A stretch of 64,000 nucleotides of DNA from Laetmonice hystrix. Lineage: Eukaryota. Position numbers and translations under genes: made by a program. The notes under the pieces are model-generated. The model saw only the letters and a list, made by a program, of their open reading frames with translations. It searched no databases and was not told the DNA's origin. Of the stretch, positions 48,601-63,600 are shown one piece after another (the first letter of the stretch is position 1; each line of letters opens with the position of its first letter). Location of the stretch: positions 8,868,001 to 8,932,000 of the forward strand of contig OZ249436.1 of the NCBI GenBank assembly GCA_965235115.1. Direction: 5' to 3'.

Positions 48601-51600
48601 TTACGGCAAACACTCACTGGGACTACCGTACAACGGTGTCGGACGCTTACAGATGGTCAGTAGGGGACACAGATTATATGGGGGTAAATGATGGACGAAA
48701 CGGATGGCCTGCCTCCTTGACAATAAAGGCATGAAAACATGAAACATGAGGCGTCCCTACATTTCTGGCTACATTTGTATAGAAGTAAGCAGTACAGTCA
48801 TGCCAAAGATTACAGGGAGGCCAAACAGTACAGTGAGGAATCCCTACAAGGTCCTGCATTGCCTAATACCCAAGCAAACACTACAGTGAGGCCGAACAGT
48901 ACAGTGTGGCCGAACAGTACAGTGAGGCCAAATAGTATACTGTGAGGCCAAGCACTACGAGAGGCTAATCAGTACTCTGGGAAGTCTCTACATCTTCTCG
49001 GCTGGCCTACTACCCATGCAAATCGTTCACTGAGGTAGTGGAAATGAAAGATATAGGCGAGGGGCATCTAATGTTAAAATTTGGAGAAGATACTCAAATG
49101 GGAAGTAGATGTCTCACAACCATTTATCTATAGCGAACGTACGAGACCTATAGAGGTGACAGTTATACATCCGGCCTAACAATCATAATTTTGGGGTCGT
49201 AATTTCAATTTGACGTATCAAAAATGAAGCCATTTTTCGCTTATCATTGTCTCTCCCATAACCGCCATACGTGCCTGCCAGCCCGGCCAGGTATAAGGTG
49301 GTGATTACATGGGTAGCCGGAAGGTAGCAGTGCAGTCGATGGGAGGCCGCTTCAGTACTGCACCCTGGTGTTTGCTTGGAACATCTCTGTCATCTGTTTT
49401 CATTTGGGGATGGGATATCTGATATAGAAAGGCGAACAACGTCATTTGCCAATGTTAATTAAACCTTTACGGCAAACAGTCACTGGGACTACCGTACAAC
49501 GGTGTCGAGCGCTTACAGATGGTCAGTAGGGGACACAGATTATATGGGGGTAAATGAGGGACGAAACGGATGGCCTGCCTCCTGGACAATAAAGGCATGG
49601 AAACATGACACATGAGGCGTCCCTATATTTCTGACTACAGTTGTATAGAAGCAAGCAGTACAGTGATGCCATAGAGTACAGGGAGGCCAAACAGTACAGT
49701 GAAGAATCCCTACAAGGTGCTGTATTGCCTAATACCCAAGCAAACACTACAGTGAGGCCGAACAGTACAGTGAGGCCAATTAGTATACTGTGAGGCCAAG
49801 CACTACGAGAGGCCAATCAATACTCTGGGAAGTCTCTACATCTTATCGGCTGGCCTACTACCCATGCAAATCGTTCACTGAGGTAGTGGAAATGAAAGAT
49901 ATAGGCGAGGGGCATCTAATGTTAAAATTTGGAGAAGATACTCAAATGGGAAGTAGATGTCTCACAACCATTTATCTATAGCGAACGTCCGAGACCTATA
50001 GAGGTGACAGTTATACATCTGGCCTAACAATCATAATTTTGGGGTGGTAATTTCAATTTGACGTATCAAAAATAAAGCCATTTTTCGCTTATCATTGTCT
50101 CTCCCATAAGCGCCATAGGTGCCTGCCAGCCCGGCCAGGTATAAGGTGGTGATTACATGGGTAGCCGGAAGGTGGCAGTGCAGTCGGAGGGAGGCCGCTC
50201 CATTACTGCACCCTGGTGCTTGCTTCCAACCTCTCTGTCATCTCTTTCTACTGGGGGATGGGATATCTGATATAGAAAGGCGAACAACGTCATTTGCCAT
50301 TGTTAATTAAGCCTTTACGGCAAACATCCACTGGGTCTACCATACAACGGTGTCGGACGCTTACAGGTGGTCAGTTGGGGACACAGATTACATGGCGGTA
50401 AATGATGGACGAAACGGATGGCCTGCCTCCTGGACAATAAAGGCATGGAAACATTAAACACGAGGCGTCCGTACATTTCTGGCTACAATTGTATAGAAGC
50501 AAGCAGTACAGCGATGCCAAAGAGTACAGGGAGGCCAAACAGTACAGTGAGGAATCCCTACAAGGTCCTGCATTGCCTAATACCCAAGCAAACACTACAG
50601 TGAGGCCGAACAGTACAGTGAGGCCGAACAGTACAGTGAGGCCAAATAGTATACTGTGAGGCCAAGCACTACGAGAGGCTAATCAGTACTCTAGGAAGTC
50701 TCTACATCTTCTCGGCTGGCCTACTACCTATGCAAATCGTTCACTGAGGTAGTGGAAATGAAAGATATAGGCGAGGGGCATCTAATGTTAAAATTTGGAG
50801 AAGATACTCAAATGGGAAGTAGATGTCTCACAACCATTTATCTATAGCGAACGTACGAGACCTATAGAGGTGACAGTTATACATCTGGCCTAACAATCAT
50901 AATTTTGGGGTCGTAATTTCAATTTGACGTATCAAAAATGAAGCCATTTTTCGCTTATCATTGTCTCTCCCATAACCGCCATACGTGCCTGCCAGCCCGG
51001 CCAGGTATAAGGTGGTGATTACATGGGTAGCCGGAAGGTAGCAGTGCAGTCGATGGCAGGCCGCTTCAGTACTGCACCCTGGTGTTTGCTTGGAACATCT
51101 CTGTCATCTGTTTTCATTTGGGGATGGGATATCTGATATAGAAAGGCGAACAACGTCATTTGCCAATGTTAATTAAACCTTTACGGCAAACAGTCACTGG
51201 GACTACCGTACAACGGTGTCGAGCGCTTACAGATGGTCAGTAGGGGACACAGATTATATGGGGGTAAATGAGGGACGAAACGGATGGCCTGCCTCCTGGA
51301 CAATAAAGGCATGGAAACATGACACATGAGGCGTCCCTATATTTCTGACTACAGTTGTATAGAAGCAAGCAGTACAGTGATGCCATAGAATACAGGGAGG
51401 CCAAACAGTACAGTGAAGAATCCTACAAGGTGCTGTATTGCCTAATACCCAAGCAAACACTACAGTGAGGCCGAACAGTACAGTGAGGCCAATTAGTATA
51501 CTGTGAGGCCAAGCACTACGAGAGGCCAATCAATACTCTGGGAAGTCTCTACATCTTATCGGCTGGCCTACTACCCATGCAAATCGTTCACTGAGGTAGT

Positions 51601-54600
51601 GGAAATGAAAGATATAGGCGAGGGGCATCTAATGTTAAAATTTGGAGAAGATACTCAAATGGGAAGTAGATGTCTCACAACCATTTATCTATAGCGAACG
51701 TCCGAGACCTATAGAGGTGACAGTTATACATCTGGCCTAACAATCATAATTTTGGGGTGGTAATTTCAATTTGACGTATCAAAAATAAAGCCATTTTTCG
51801 CTTATCATTGTCTCTCCCATAAGCGCCATAGGTGCCTGCCAGCCCGGCCAGGTATAAGGTGGTGATTACATGGGTAGCCGGAAGGTGGCAGTGCAGTCGG
51901 AGGGAGGCCGCTCCATTACTGCACCCTGGTGCTTGCTTCCAACCTCTCTGTCATCTCTTTCTACTGGGGGATGGGATATCTGATATAGAAAGGCGAACAA
52001 CGTCATTTGCCATTGTTAATTAAGCCTTTACGGCAAACATCCACTGGGTCTACCATACAACGGTGTCGGACGCTTACAGGTGGTCAGTTGGGGACACAGA
52101 TTACATGGCGGTAAATGATGGACGAAACGGATGGCCTGCCTCCTGGACAATAAAGGCATGGAAACATTAAACACGAGGCGTCCGTACATTTCTGGCTACA
52201 ATTGTATAGAAGCAAGCAGTACAGCGATGCCAAAGAGTACAGGGAGGCCAAACAGTACAGTGAGGAATCCGTACAAGGTCCTGCATTGCCTAATACCCAA
52301 GCAAACACTACAGTGAGGCCGAACAGTACAGTGAGGCCGAACAGTACAGTGAGGCCAATTAGTATACTGTGAGGCCAAGCACTACGAGAGGCTAATCAGT
52401 ACTCTGGGAAGTCTCTACATCTTCTCGGCTGGCCTACTACCCATGCAAATCGTTCACTGAGGTAGTGGAAATGAAAGATATAGGCGAGGGGCATCTAATG
52501 TTAAAATTTGGAGAAGATACTCAAATGGGAAGTAGATGTCTCACAACCATTTATCTATAGCGAACGTACGAGACCTATAGAGGTGACAGTTATACATCTG
52601 GCCTAACAATCATAATTTTGGGGTCGTAATTTCAATTTGACGTATCAAAAATGAAGCCATTTTTCGCTTATCATTGTCTCTCCCATAAGCGCCATAGGTG
52701 CCTGCCAGCCCGCCCAGGTATAAGGTGGTGATTACATGGGTAGCCGGAAGGTGGCAGTGCAGTCGGAGGGAGGCCGCTCCATTACTGCACCCTGGTGTTT
52801 GCTTCCAACCTCTCTGTCATCTCTTTCTACTGGGGGATGGGATATCTGATATAGAAAGGCGAACAACGTCATTTGCCATTGTTAATTAAGCCTTTACGGC
52901 AAACATCTACTGGGTCTACCATACAACGGTGTCGGACGCTTACAGGTGGTCAGTTGGGGACACAGATTACATGGGGGTAAATGATGGACGAAACGGATGG
53001 CCTGCCTCCTGGACAATAAAGGCATGGAAACATTAAACACGAGGCGTCCCTACATTTCTAGCTACAGTTGTATAGAAGCAAGCAGTACAGTGATGCCAAA
53101 GAGTACATGGAGGCCAAACAGTACAGTGAGGAATCCCTACAAGGTCCTGCATTGCCTAATACCCAAGCAAACACTACAGTGAGGCCGAACAGTACAGTGA
53201 GGCCAAATAGTATACTGTGAGGCCAAGCACTACGAGAGGCCAATCAGTACTCTGGGAAGTCTCTACATCTTATCGGCTGGCCTACTACCCATGCAAACAG
53301 TTCAGTGAGGTAGTGGAAATGAAAGATATAGGCGAGGGGCATCTAATGTTAAAATTTGGAGAAGATACTCAAATGGGAAGTAGATATCTCACAACCATTT
53401 ATCTATAGCGAACGTACGAGACCTATAGAAGTGAAAGTTATACATCTGGCCTAACAATCATAATTTTGGGGTCGTAATTTCAATTTGACGTATCAAAAAT
53501 GAAGCCATTTTTCGCTTATCATTGTCTCTCCCCTAAGCGCCATAGGTGCCTGCCAGCCCGGCCAGGTATAAGGTGGTGATTACATGGGTAGCCGGAAGGT
53601 AGCAGTGTAGTCGGTGGAAGGCCGCTTCAGTACTGCACCCTGGTGGTTGCTTGCCACATCTCTGTCATCAGTTTCTACTGGGGGATGGGATATCTGATGT
53701 AGAAAGGCGAACAACGTCATTTGCCATTGTTAATTAAGCCTTTACGGCAAACATCCACTGGGTCTACCATACAACGTTGTCGGACGCTTACAGGTGGTCA
53801 GTAGGGGACACAGATTATATGGGGGTAAATGATGGACGAAACGGATGGCCTGCCTCCTGGACAATAAAGGCATGAAAACATGAAACATGAGGCGTCCCTA
53901 CATTTCTGGCTACAGTTGTATAGAAGCAAGCAGTACAGTGATGCCAAAGATTACAGGGAGGCCAAACAGTACAGTGAGGAATCCCTACAAGGTCCTACAT
54001 TGCCTAATACCCAAGCAAACACTACAGTGAGGCCGAACAGTACAGTGAGGCCGAACAGTACAGTGAGGCCAAATAGTATACTGTGAGGCCAAGCACTACG
54101 AGAGGCTAATCAGTACTCTAGGAAGTCTCTACATCTTCTCGGCTGGCCTACTACCTATGCAAATCGTTCACTGAGGTAGTGGAAATGAAAGATATAGGCG
54201 AGGGGCATCTAATGTTAAAATTTGGAGAAGATACTCAAATGGGAAGTAGATGTCTCACAACCATTTATCTATAGCGAACGTACGAGACCTATAGAGGTGA
54301 CAGTTATACATCTGGCCTAACAATCATAATTTTGGGGTCGTAATTTCAATTTGACGTATCAAAAATGAAGCTATTTTTCGCTTATCATTGTCTCTCCCAT
54401 AACCGCCATACGTGCCTGCCAGCCCGGCCAGGTATAAGGTGGTGATTACATGGGTAGCCGGAAGGTAGCAGTGCAGTCGATGGCAGGCCGCTTCAGTACT
54501 GCACCCTGGTGTTTGCTTGGAACATCTCTGTCATCTGTTTTCATTTGGGGATGGGATATCTGATATAGAAAGGCGAACAACGTCATTTGCCAATGTTAAT

Positions 54601-57600
54601 TAAACCTTTACGGCAAACAGTCACTGGGACTACCGTACAACGGTGTCGAGCGCTTACAGATGGTCAGTAGGGGACACAGATTATATGGGGGTAAATGAGG
54701 GACGAAACGGATGGCCTGCCTCCTGGACAATAAAGGCATGGAAACATGACACATGAGGCGTCCCTATATTTCTGACTACAGTTGTATAGAAGCAAGCAGT
54801 ACAGTGATGCCATAGAATACAGGGAGGCCAAACAGTACAGTGAAGAATCCTACAAGGTGCTGTATTGCCTAATACCCAAGCAAACACTACAGTGAGGCCG
54901 AACAGTACAGTGAGGCCAATTAGTATACTGTGAGGCCAAGCACTACGAGAGGCCAATCAATACTCTGGGAAGTCTCTACATCTTATCGGCTGGCCTACTA
55001 CCCATGCAAATCGTTCACTGAGGTAGTGGAAATGAAAGATATAGGCGAGGGGCATCTAATGTTAAAATTTGGAGAAGATACTCAAATGGGAAGTAGATGT
55101 CTCACAACCATTTATCTATAGCGAACGTCCGAGACCTATAGAGGTGACAGTTATACATCTGGCCTAACAATCATTATTTTGGGGTGGTAATTTCAATTTG
55201 ACGTATCAAAAATAAAGCCATTTTTCGCTTATCATTGTCTCTCCCATAAGCGCCATAGGTGCCTGCCAGCCCGGCCAGGTATAAGGTGGTGATTACATGG
55301 GTAGCCGGAAGGTGGCAGTGCAGTCGGAGGGAGGCCGCTCCATTACTGCACCCTGGTGCTTGCTTCCAACCTCTCTGTCATCTCTTTCTACTGGGGGATG
55401 GGATATCTGATATAGAAAGGCGAACAACGTCATTTGCCATTGTTAATTAAGCCTTTACGGCAAACATCCACTGGGTCTACCATACAACGGTGTCGGACGC
55501 TTACAGGTGGTCAGTTGGGGACACAGATTACATGGCGGTAAATGATGGACGAAACGGATGGCCTGCCTCCTGGACAATAAAGGCATGGAAACATTAAACA
55601 CGAGGCGTCCGTACATTTCTGGCTACAATTGTATAGAAGCAAGCAGTACAGCGATGCCAAAGAGTACAGGGAGGCCAAACAGTACAGTGAGGAATCCGTA
55701 CAAGGTCCTGCATTGCCTAATACCCAAGCAAACACTACAGTGAGGCCGAACAGTACAGTGAGGCCGAACAGTACAGTGAGGCCAATTAGTATACTGTGAG
55801 GCCAAGCACTACGAGAGGCTAATCAGTACTCTGGGAAGTCTCTACATCTTCTCGGCTGGCCTACTACCCATGCAAATCGTTCACTGAGGTAGTGGAAATG
55901 AAAGATATAGGCGAGGGGCATCTAATGTTAAAATTTGGAGAAGATACTCAAATGGGAAGTAGATGTCTCACAACCATTTATCTATAGCGAACGTACGAGA
56001 CCTATAGAGGTGACAGTTATACATCTGGCCTAACAATCATAATTTTGGGGTCGTAATTTCAATTTGACGTATCAAAAATGAAGCCATTTTTCGCTTATCA
56101 TTGTCTCTCCCATAAGCGCCATAGGTGCCTGCCAGCCCGCCCAGGTATAAGGTGGTGATTACATGGGTAGCCGGAAGGTGGCAGTGCAGTCGGAGGGAGG
56201 CCGCTCCATTACTGCACCCTGGTGTTTGCTTCCAACCTCTCTGTCATCTCTTTCTACTGGGGGATGGGATATCTGATATAGAAAGGCGAACAACGTCATT
56301 TGCCATTGTTAATTAAGCCTTTACGGCAAACATCTACTGGGTCTACCATACAACGGTGTCGGACGCTTACAGGTGGTCAGTTGGGGACACAGATTACATG
56401 GGGGTAAATGATGGACGAAACGGATGGCCTGCCTCCTGGACAATAAAGGCATGGAAACATTAAACACGAGGCGTCCCTACATTTCTAGCTACAGTTGTAT
56501 AGAAGCAAGCAGTACAGTGATGCCAAAGAGTACATGGAGGCCAAACAGTACAGTGAGGAATCCCTACAAGGTCCTGCATTGCCTAATACCCAAGCAAACA
56601 CTACAGTGAGGCCGAACAGTACAGTGAGGCCAAATAGTATACTGTGAGGCCAAGCACTACGAGAGGCCAATCAGTACTCTGGGAAGTCTCTACATCTTAT
56701 CGGCTGGCCTACTACCCATGCAAATCGTTCACTGAGGTAGTGGAAATGAAAGATATAGGCGAGGGGCATCTAATGTTAAAATTTGGAGAAGATACTCAAA
56801 TGGGAAGTAGATGTCTCACAACCATTTATCTATAGCGAACGTACGAGACCTATAGAGGTGACAGTTATACATCTGGCCTAACAATCATAATTTTGGGGTC
56901 GTAATTTCAATTTGACGTATCAAAAATGAAGCCATTTTTCGCTTATCATTGTCTCTCCCCTAAGCGCCATAGGTGCCTGCCAGCCCGGCCAGGTATAAGG
57001 TGGTGATTACATGGGTAGCCGGAAGGTAGCAGTGTAGTCGGTGGAAGGCCGCTTCAGTACTGCACCCTGGTGGTTGCTTGCAACATCTCTGTGATCTGTT
57101 TCTATTTGGGGATGCGATATCTGATATAGAAAGGCGAACAACGTCATTTGCCAATGTTAATTAAACCTTTACGGCAAACACTCACTGGGACTACCGTACA
57201 ACGGTGTCGGACGCTTACAGATGGTCAGTAGGGGACACAGATTATATGGGGGTAAATGATGGACGAAACGGATGGCCTGCCTCCTTGACAATAAAGGCAT
57301 GAAAACATGAAACATGAGGCGTCCCTACATTTCTGGCTACATTTGTATAGAAGTAAGCAGTACAGTCATGCCAAAGATTACAGGGAGGCCAAACAGTACA
57401 GTGAGGAATCCCTACAAGGTCCTGCATTGCCTAATACCCAAGCAAACACTACAGTGAGGCCGAACAGTACAGTGTGGCCGAACAGTACAGTGAGGCCAAA
57501 TAGTATACTGTGAGGCCAAGCACTACGAGAGGCTAATCAGTACTCTGGGAAGTCTCTACATCTTCTCGGCTGGCCTACTACCCATGCAAATCGTTCACTG

Positions 57601-60600
57601 AGGTAGTGGAAATGAAAGATATAGGCGAGGGGCATCTAATGTTAAAATTTGGAGAAGATACTCAAATGGGAAGTAGATGTCTCACAACCATTTATCTATA
57701 GCGAACGTACGAGACCTATAGAAGTGAAAGTTATACATCTGGCCTAACAATCATAATTTTGGGGTGGTAATTTCAATTTGACGTATCAAAAATAAAGCCA
57801 TTTTTCGCTTATCATTGTCTCTCCCCTAAGCGCCATAGGTGCCTGCCAGCCCGGCCAGGTATAAGGTGGTGATTACATGGGTAGCCGGAAGGTAGCAGTG
57901 TAGTCGGTGGAAGGCCGCTTCAGTACTGCACCCTGGTGGTTGCTTGCAACATCTCTGTGATCTGTTTCTATTTGGGGATGCGATATCTGATATAGAAAGG
58001 CGAACAACGTCATTTGCCAATGTTAATTAAACCTTTACGGCAAACACTCACTGGGACTACCGTACAACGGTGTCGGACGCTTACAGATGGTCAGTAGGGG
58101 ACACAGATTATATGGGGGTAAATGATGGACGAAACGGATGGCCTGCCTCCTTGACAATAAAGGCATGAAAACATGAAACATGAGGCGTCCCTACATTTCT
58201 GGCTACATTTGTATAGAAGTAAGCAGTACAGTCATGCCAAAGATTACAGGGAGGCCAAACAGTACAGTGAGGAATCCCTACAAGGTCCTGCATTGCCTAA
58301 TACCCAAGCAAACACTACAGTGAGGCCGAACAGTACAGTGTGGCCGAACAGTACAGTGAGGCCAAATAGTATACTGTGAGGCCAAGCACTACGAGAGGCT
58401 AATCAGTACTCTGGGAAGTCTCTACATCTTCTCGGCTGGCCTACTACCCATGCAAATCGTTCACTGAGGTAGTGGAAATGAAAGATATAGGCGAGGGGCA
58501 TCTAATGTTAAAATTTGGAGAAGATACTCAAATGGGAAGTAGATGTCTCACAACCATTTATCTATAGCGAACGTACGAGACCTATAGAGGTGACAGTTAT
58601 ACATCCGGCCTAACAATCATAATTTTGGGGTCGTAATTTCAATTTGACGTATCAAAAATGAAGCCATTTTTCGCTTATCATTGTCTCTCCCATAACCGCC
58701 ATACGTGCCTGCCAGCCCGGCCAGGTATAAGGTGGTGATTACATGGGTAGCCGGAAGGTAGCAGTGCAGTCGATGGGAGGCCGCTTCAGTACTGCACCCT
58801 GGTGTTTGCTTGGAACATCTCTGTCATCTGTTTTCATTTGGGGATGGGATATCTGATATAGAAAGGCGAACAACGTCATTTGCCAATGTTAATTAAACCT
58901 TTACGGCAAACAGTCACTGGGACTACCGTACAACGGTGTCGAGCGCTTACAGATGGTCAGTAGGGGACACAGATTATATGGGGGTAAATGAGGGACGAAA
59001 CGGATGGCCTGCCTCCTGGACAATAAAGGCATGGAAACATGACACATGAGGCGTCCCTATATTTCTGACTACAGTTGTATAGAAGCAAGCAGTACAGTGA
59101 TGCCATAGAGTACAGGGAGGCCAAACAGTACAGTGAAGAATCCCTACAAGGTGCTGTATTGCCTAATACCCAAGCAAACACTACAGTGAGGCCGAACAGT
59201 ACAGTGAGGCCAATTAGTATACTGTGAGGCCAAGCACTACGAGAGGCCAATCAATACTCTGGGAAGTCTCTACATCTTATCGGCTGGCCTACTACCCATG
59301 CAAATCGTTCACTGAGGTAGTGGAAATGAAAGATATAGGCGAGGGGCATCTAATGTTAAAATTTGGAGAAGATACTCAAATGGGAAGTAGATGTCTCACA
59401 ACCATTTATCTATAGCGAACGTACGAGACCTATAGAGGTGACAGTTATACATCTGGCCTAACAATCATAATTTTGGGGTCGTAATTTCAATTTGACGTAT
59501 CAAAAATGAAGCCATTTTTCGCTTATCATTGTCTCTCCCATAAGCGCCATAGGTGCCTGCCAGCCCGGCCAGGTATAAGGTGGTGATTACATGGGTAGCC
59601 GGAAGGTGGCAGTGCAGTCGGAGGGAGGCCGCTCCATTACTGCACCCTGGTGTTTGCTTCCAACCTCTCTGTCATCTCTTTCTACTGGGGGATGGGATAT
59701 CTGATATAGAAAGGCGAACAACGTCATTTGCCATTGTTAATTAAGCCTTTACGGCAAACATCTACTGGGTCTACCATACAACGGTGTCGGACGCTTACAG
59801 GTGGTCAGTTGGGGACACAGATTACATGGGGGTAAATGATGGACGAAACGGATGGCCTGCCTCCTGGACAATAAAGGCATGGAAACATTAAACACGAGGC
59901 GTTCCTACATTTCTGGCTACATTTGTATAGAAGTAAGCAGTACAGTGATGCCAAAGATTACAGGGAGGCCAAACAGTACAGTGAGGAATCCCTACAAGGT
60001 CCTGCATTGCCTAATACCCAAGCAAACACTACAGTGAGGCCGAACAGTACAGTGTGGCCGAACAGTACAGTGAGGCCAAATAGTATACTGTGAGGCCAAG
60101 CACTACGAGAGGCTAATCAGTACTCTGGGAAGTCTCTACATCTTCTCGGCTGGCCTACTACCCATGCAAATCGTTCACTGAGGTAGTGGAAATGAAAGAT
60201 ATAGGCGAGGGGCATCTAATGTTAAAATTTGGAGAAGATACTCAAATGGGAAGTAGATGTCTCACAACCATTTATCTATAGCGAACGTACGAGACCTATA
60301 GAGGTGACAGTTATACATCCGGCCTAACAATCATAATTTTGGGGTCGTAATTTCAATTTGACGTATCAAAAATGAAGCCATTTTTCGCTTATCATTGTCT
60401 CTCCCATAACCGCCATACGTGCCTGCCAGCCCGCCCAGGTATAAGGTGGTGATTACATGGGTAGCCGGAAGGTAGCAGTGCAGTCGATGGGAGGCCGCTT
60501 CAGTACTGCACCCTGGTGTTTGCTTGGAACATCTCTGTCATCTGTTTTCATTTGGGGATGGGATATCTGATATAGAAAGGCGAACAACGTCATTTGCCAA

Positions 60601-63600
60601 TGTTAATTAAACCTTTACGGCAAACAGTCACTGGGACTACCGTACAACGGTGTCGAGCGCTTACAGATGGTCAGTAGGGGACACAGATTATATGGGGGTA
60701 AATGAGGGACGAAACGGATGGCCTGCCTCCTGGACAATAAAGGCATGGAAACATGACACATGAGGCGTCCCTATATTTCTGACTACAGTTGTATAGAAGC
60801 AAGCAGTACAGTGATGCCATAGAGTACAGGGAGGCCAAACAGTACAGTGAAGAATCCCTACAAGGTGCTGTATTGCCTAATACCCAAGCAAACACTACAG
60901 TGAGGCCGAACAGTACAGTGAGGCCAATTAGTATACTGTGAGGCCAAGCACTACGAGAGGCCAATCAATACTCTGGGAAGTCTCTACATCTTATCGGCTG
61001 GCCTACTACCCATGCAAATCGTTCACTGAGGTAGTGGAAATGAAAGATATAGGCGAGGGGCATCTAATGTTAAAATTTGGAGAAGATACTCAAATGGGAA
61101 GTAGATGTCTCACAACCATTTATCTATAGCGAACGTCCGAGACCTATAGAGGTGACAGTTATACATCTGGCCTAACAATCATAATTTTGGGGTGGTAATT
61201 TCAATTTGACGTATCAAAAATAAAGCCATTTTTCGCTTATCATTGTCTCTCCCATAAGCGCCATAGGTGCCTGCCAGCCCGGCCAGGTATAAGGTGGTGA
61301 TTACATGGGTAGCCGGAAGGTGGCAGTGCAGTCGGAGGGAGGCCGCTCCATTACTGCACCCTGGTGCTTGCTTCCAACCTCTCTGTCATCTCTTTCTACT
61401 GGGGGATGGGATATCTGATATAGAAAGGCGAACAACGTCATTTGCCATTGTTAATTAAGCCTTTACGGCAAACATCCACTGGGTCTACCATACAACGGTG
61501 TCGGACGCTTACAGGTGGTCAGTTGGGGACACAGATTACATGGCGGTAAATGATGGACGAAACGGATGGCCTGCCTCCTGGACAATAAAGGCATGGAAAC
61601 ATTAAACACGAGGCGTCCGTACATTTCTGGCTACAATTGTATAGAAGCAAGCAGTACAGCGATGCCAAAGAGTACAGGGAGGCCAAACAGTACAGTGAGG
61701 AATCCGTACAAGGTCCTGCATTGCCTAATACCCAAGCAAACACTACAGTGAGGCCGAACAGTACAGTGAGGCCGAACAGTACAGTGAGGCCAATTAGTAT
61801 ACTGTGAGGCCAAGCACTACGAGAGGCTAATCAGTACTCTGGGAAGTCTCTACATCTTCTCGGCTGGCCTACTACCCATGCAAATCGTTCACTGAGGTAG
61901 TGGAAATGAAAGATATAGGCGAGGGGCATCTAATGTTAAAATTTGGAGAAGATACTCAAATGGGAAGTAGATGTCTCACAACCATTTATCTATAGCGAAC
62001 GTACGAGACCTATAGAGGTGACAGTTATACATCTGGCCTAACAATCATAATTTTGGGGTCGTAATTTCAATTTGACGTATCAAAAATGAAGCCATTTTTC
62101 GCTTATCATTGTCTCTCCCATAAGCGCCATAGGTGCCTGCCAGCCCGCCCAGGTATAAGGTGGTGATTACATGGGTAGCCGGAAGGTGGCAGTGCAGTCG
62201 GAGGGAGGCCGCTCCATTACTGCACCCTGGTGTTTGCTTCCAACCTCTCTGTCATCTCTTTCTACTGGGGGATGGGATATCTGATATAGAAAGGCGAACA
62301 ACGTCATTTGCCATTGTTAATTAAGCCTTTACGGCAAACATCTACTGGGTCTACCATACAACGGTGTCGGACGCTTACAGGTGGTCAGTTGGGGACACAG
62401 ATTACATGGGGGTAAATGATGGACGAAACGGATGGCCTGCCTCCTGGACAATAAAGGCATGGAAACATTAAACACGAGGCGTTCCTACATTTCTAGCTAC
62501 AGTTGTATAGAAGCAAGCAGTACAGTGATGCCAAAGAGTACATGGAGGCCAAACAGTACAGTGAGGAATCCCTACAAGGTGCTGTATTGCCTAATACCCA
62601 AGCAAACACTACAGTGAGGCCGAACAGTACAGTGAGGCCAATTAGTATACTGTGAGGCCAAGCACTACGAGAGGCCAATCAATCCTCTGGGAAGTCTCTA
62701 CATCTTATCGGCTGGCCTACTACCCATGCAAATAGTTCACTGAGGTAGTGGAAATGAAAGATATAGGCGAGGGGCATCTAATGTTAAAATTTGGAGAAGA
62801 TACTCAAATGGGAAGTAGATGTCTCACAACCATTTATCTATAGCGAACGTACGAGACCTATAGAGGTGACAGTTATACATCTGGCCTAACAATCATAATT
62901 TTGGGGTCGTAATTTCAATTTGACGTATCAAAAATGAAGCCATTTTTCGCTTATCATTGTCTCTCCCATAAGCGCCATAGGTGCCTACCAGCCCGGCCAG
63001 GTATAAGGTGGTGATTACATGGGTAGCCGGAAGGTAGCAGTGCAGTCGGTGGAAGGCCGCTTCAGTACTGCACCCTGGTGGTTGCTTGCAACATCTCTGT
63101 GATCTGTTTCTATTTGGGGATGCGATATCTGATATAGAAAGGCGAACAACGTCATTTGCCTATGTTAATTAAACCTTTACGGCAAACAGTCACTGGGACT
63201 ACCGTACAACGGTGTCGGACGCTTACAGATGGTCAGTGGGGGACACAGATTATATGGGGGTAAATGATGGACGAAACGGATGGCCTGCCTCCTGGACAAT
63301 AAAGGCATGAAAACATGAAACATGAGGCGTCCCTACATTTCTGGCTACAGTTGTATAGAAGTAAGCAGTACAGTGATGCCAAAGATTACAGGGAGGCCAA
63401 ACAGTACAGTGAGGAATCCCTACAAGGTCCTGCATTGCCTAATACCCAAGCAAACACTACAGTGAGGCCGAACAGTACAGTGAGGCCGAACAGTACAGTG
63501 AGGCCAAATAGTATACTGTGAGGCCAAGCACTACGAGAGGCTAATCAGTACTCTGGGAAGTCTCTACATCTTCTCGGCTGGCCTACTACCCATGCAAATC

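Noticed and set aside
33847..63521. Dozens of recurring 60-98 aa ORFs in the satellite
   Set aside because: They are short, on both strands, broken by stops or frameshifts in other monomer types, and show no recognisable domain. The candidate acceptor CTACAG is lost in types C and E.
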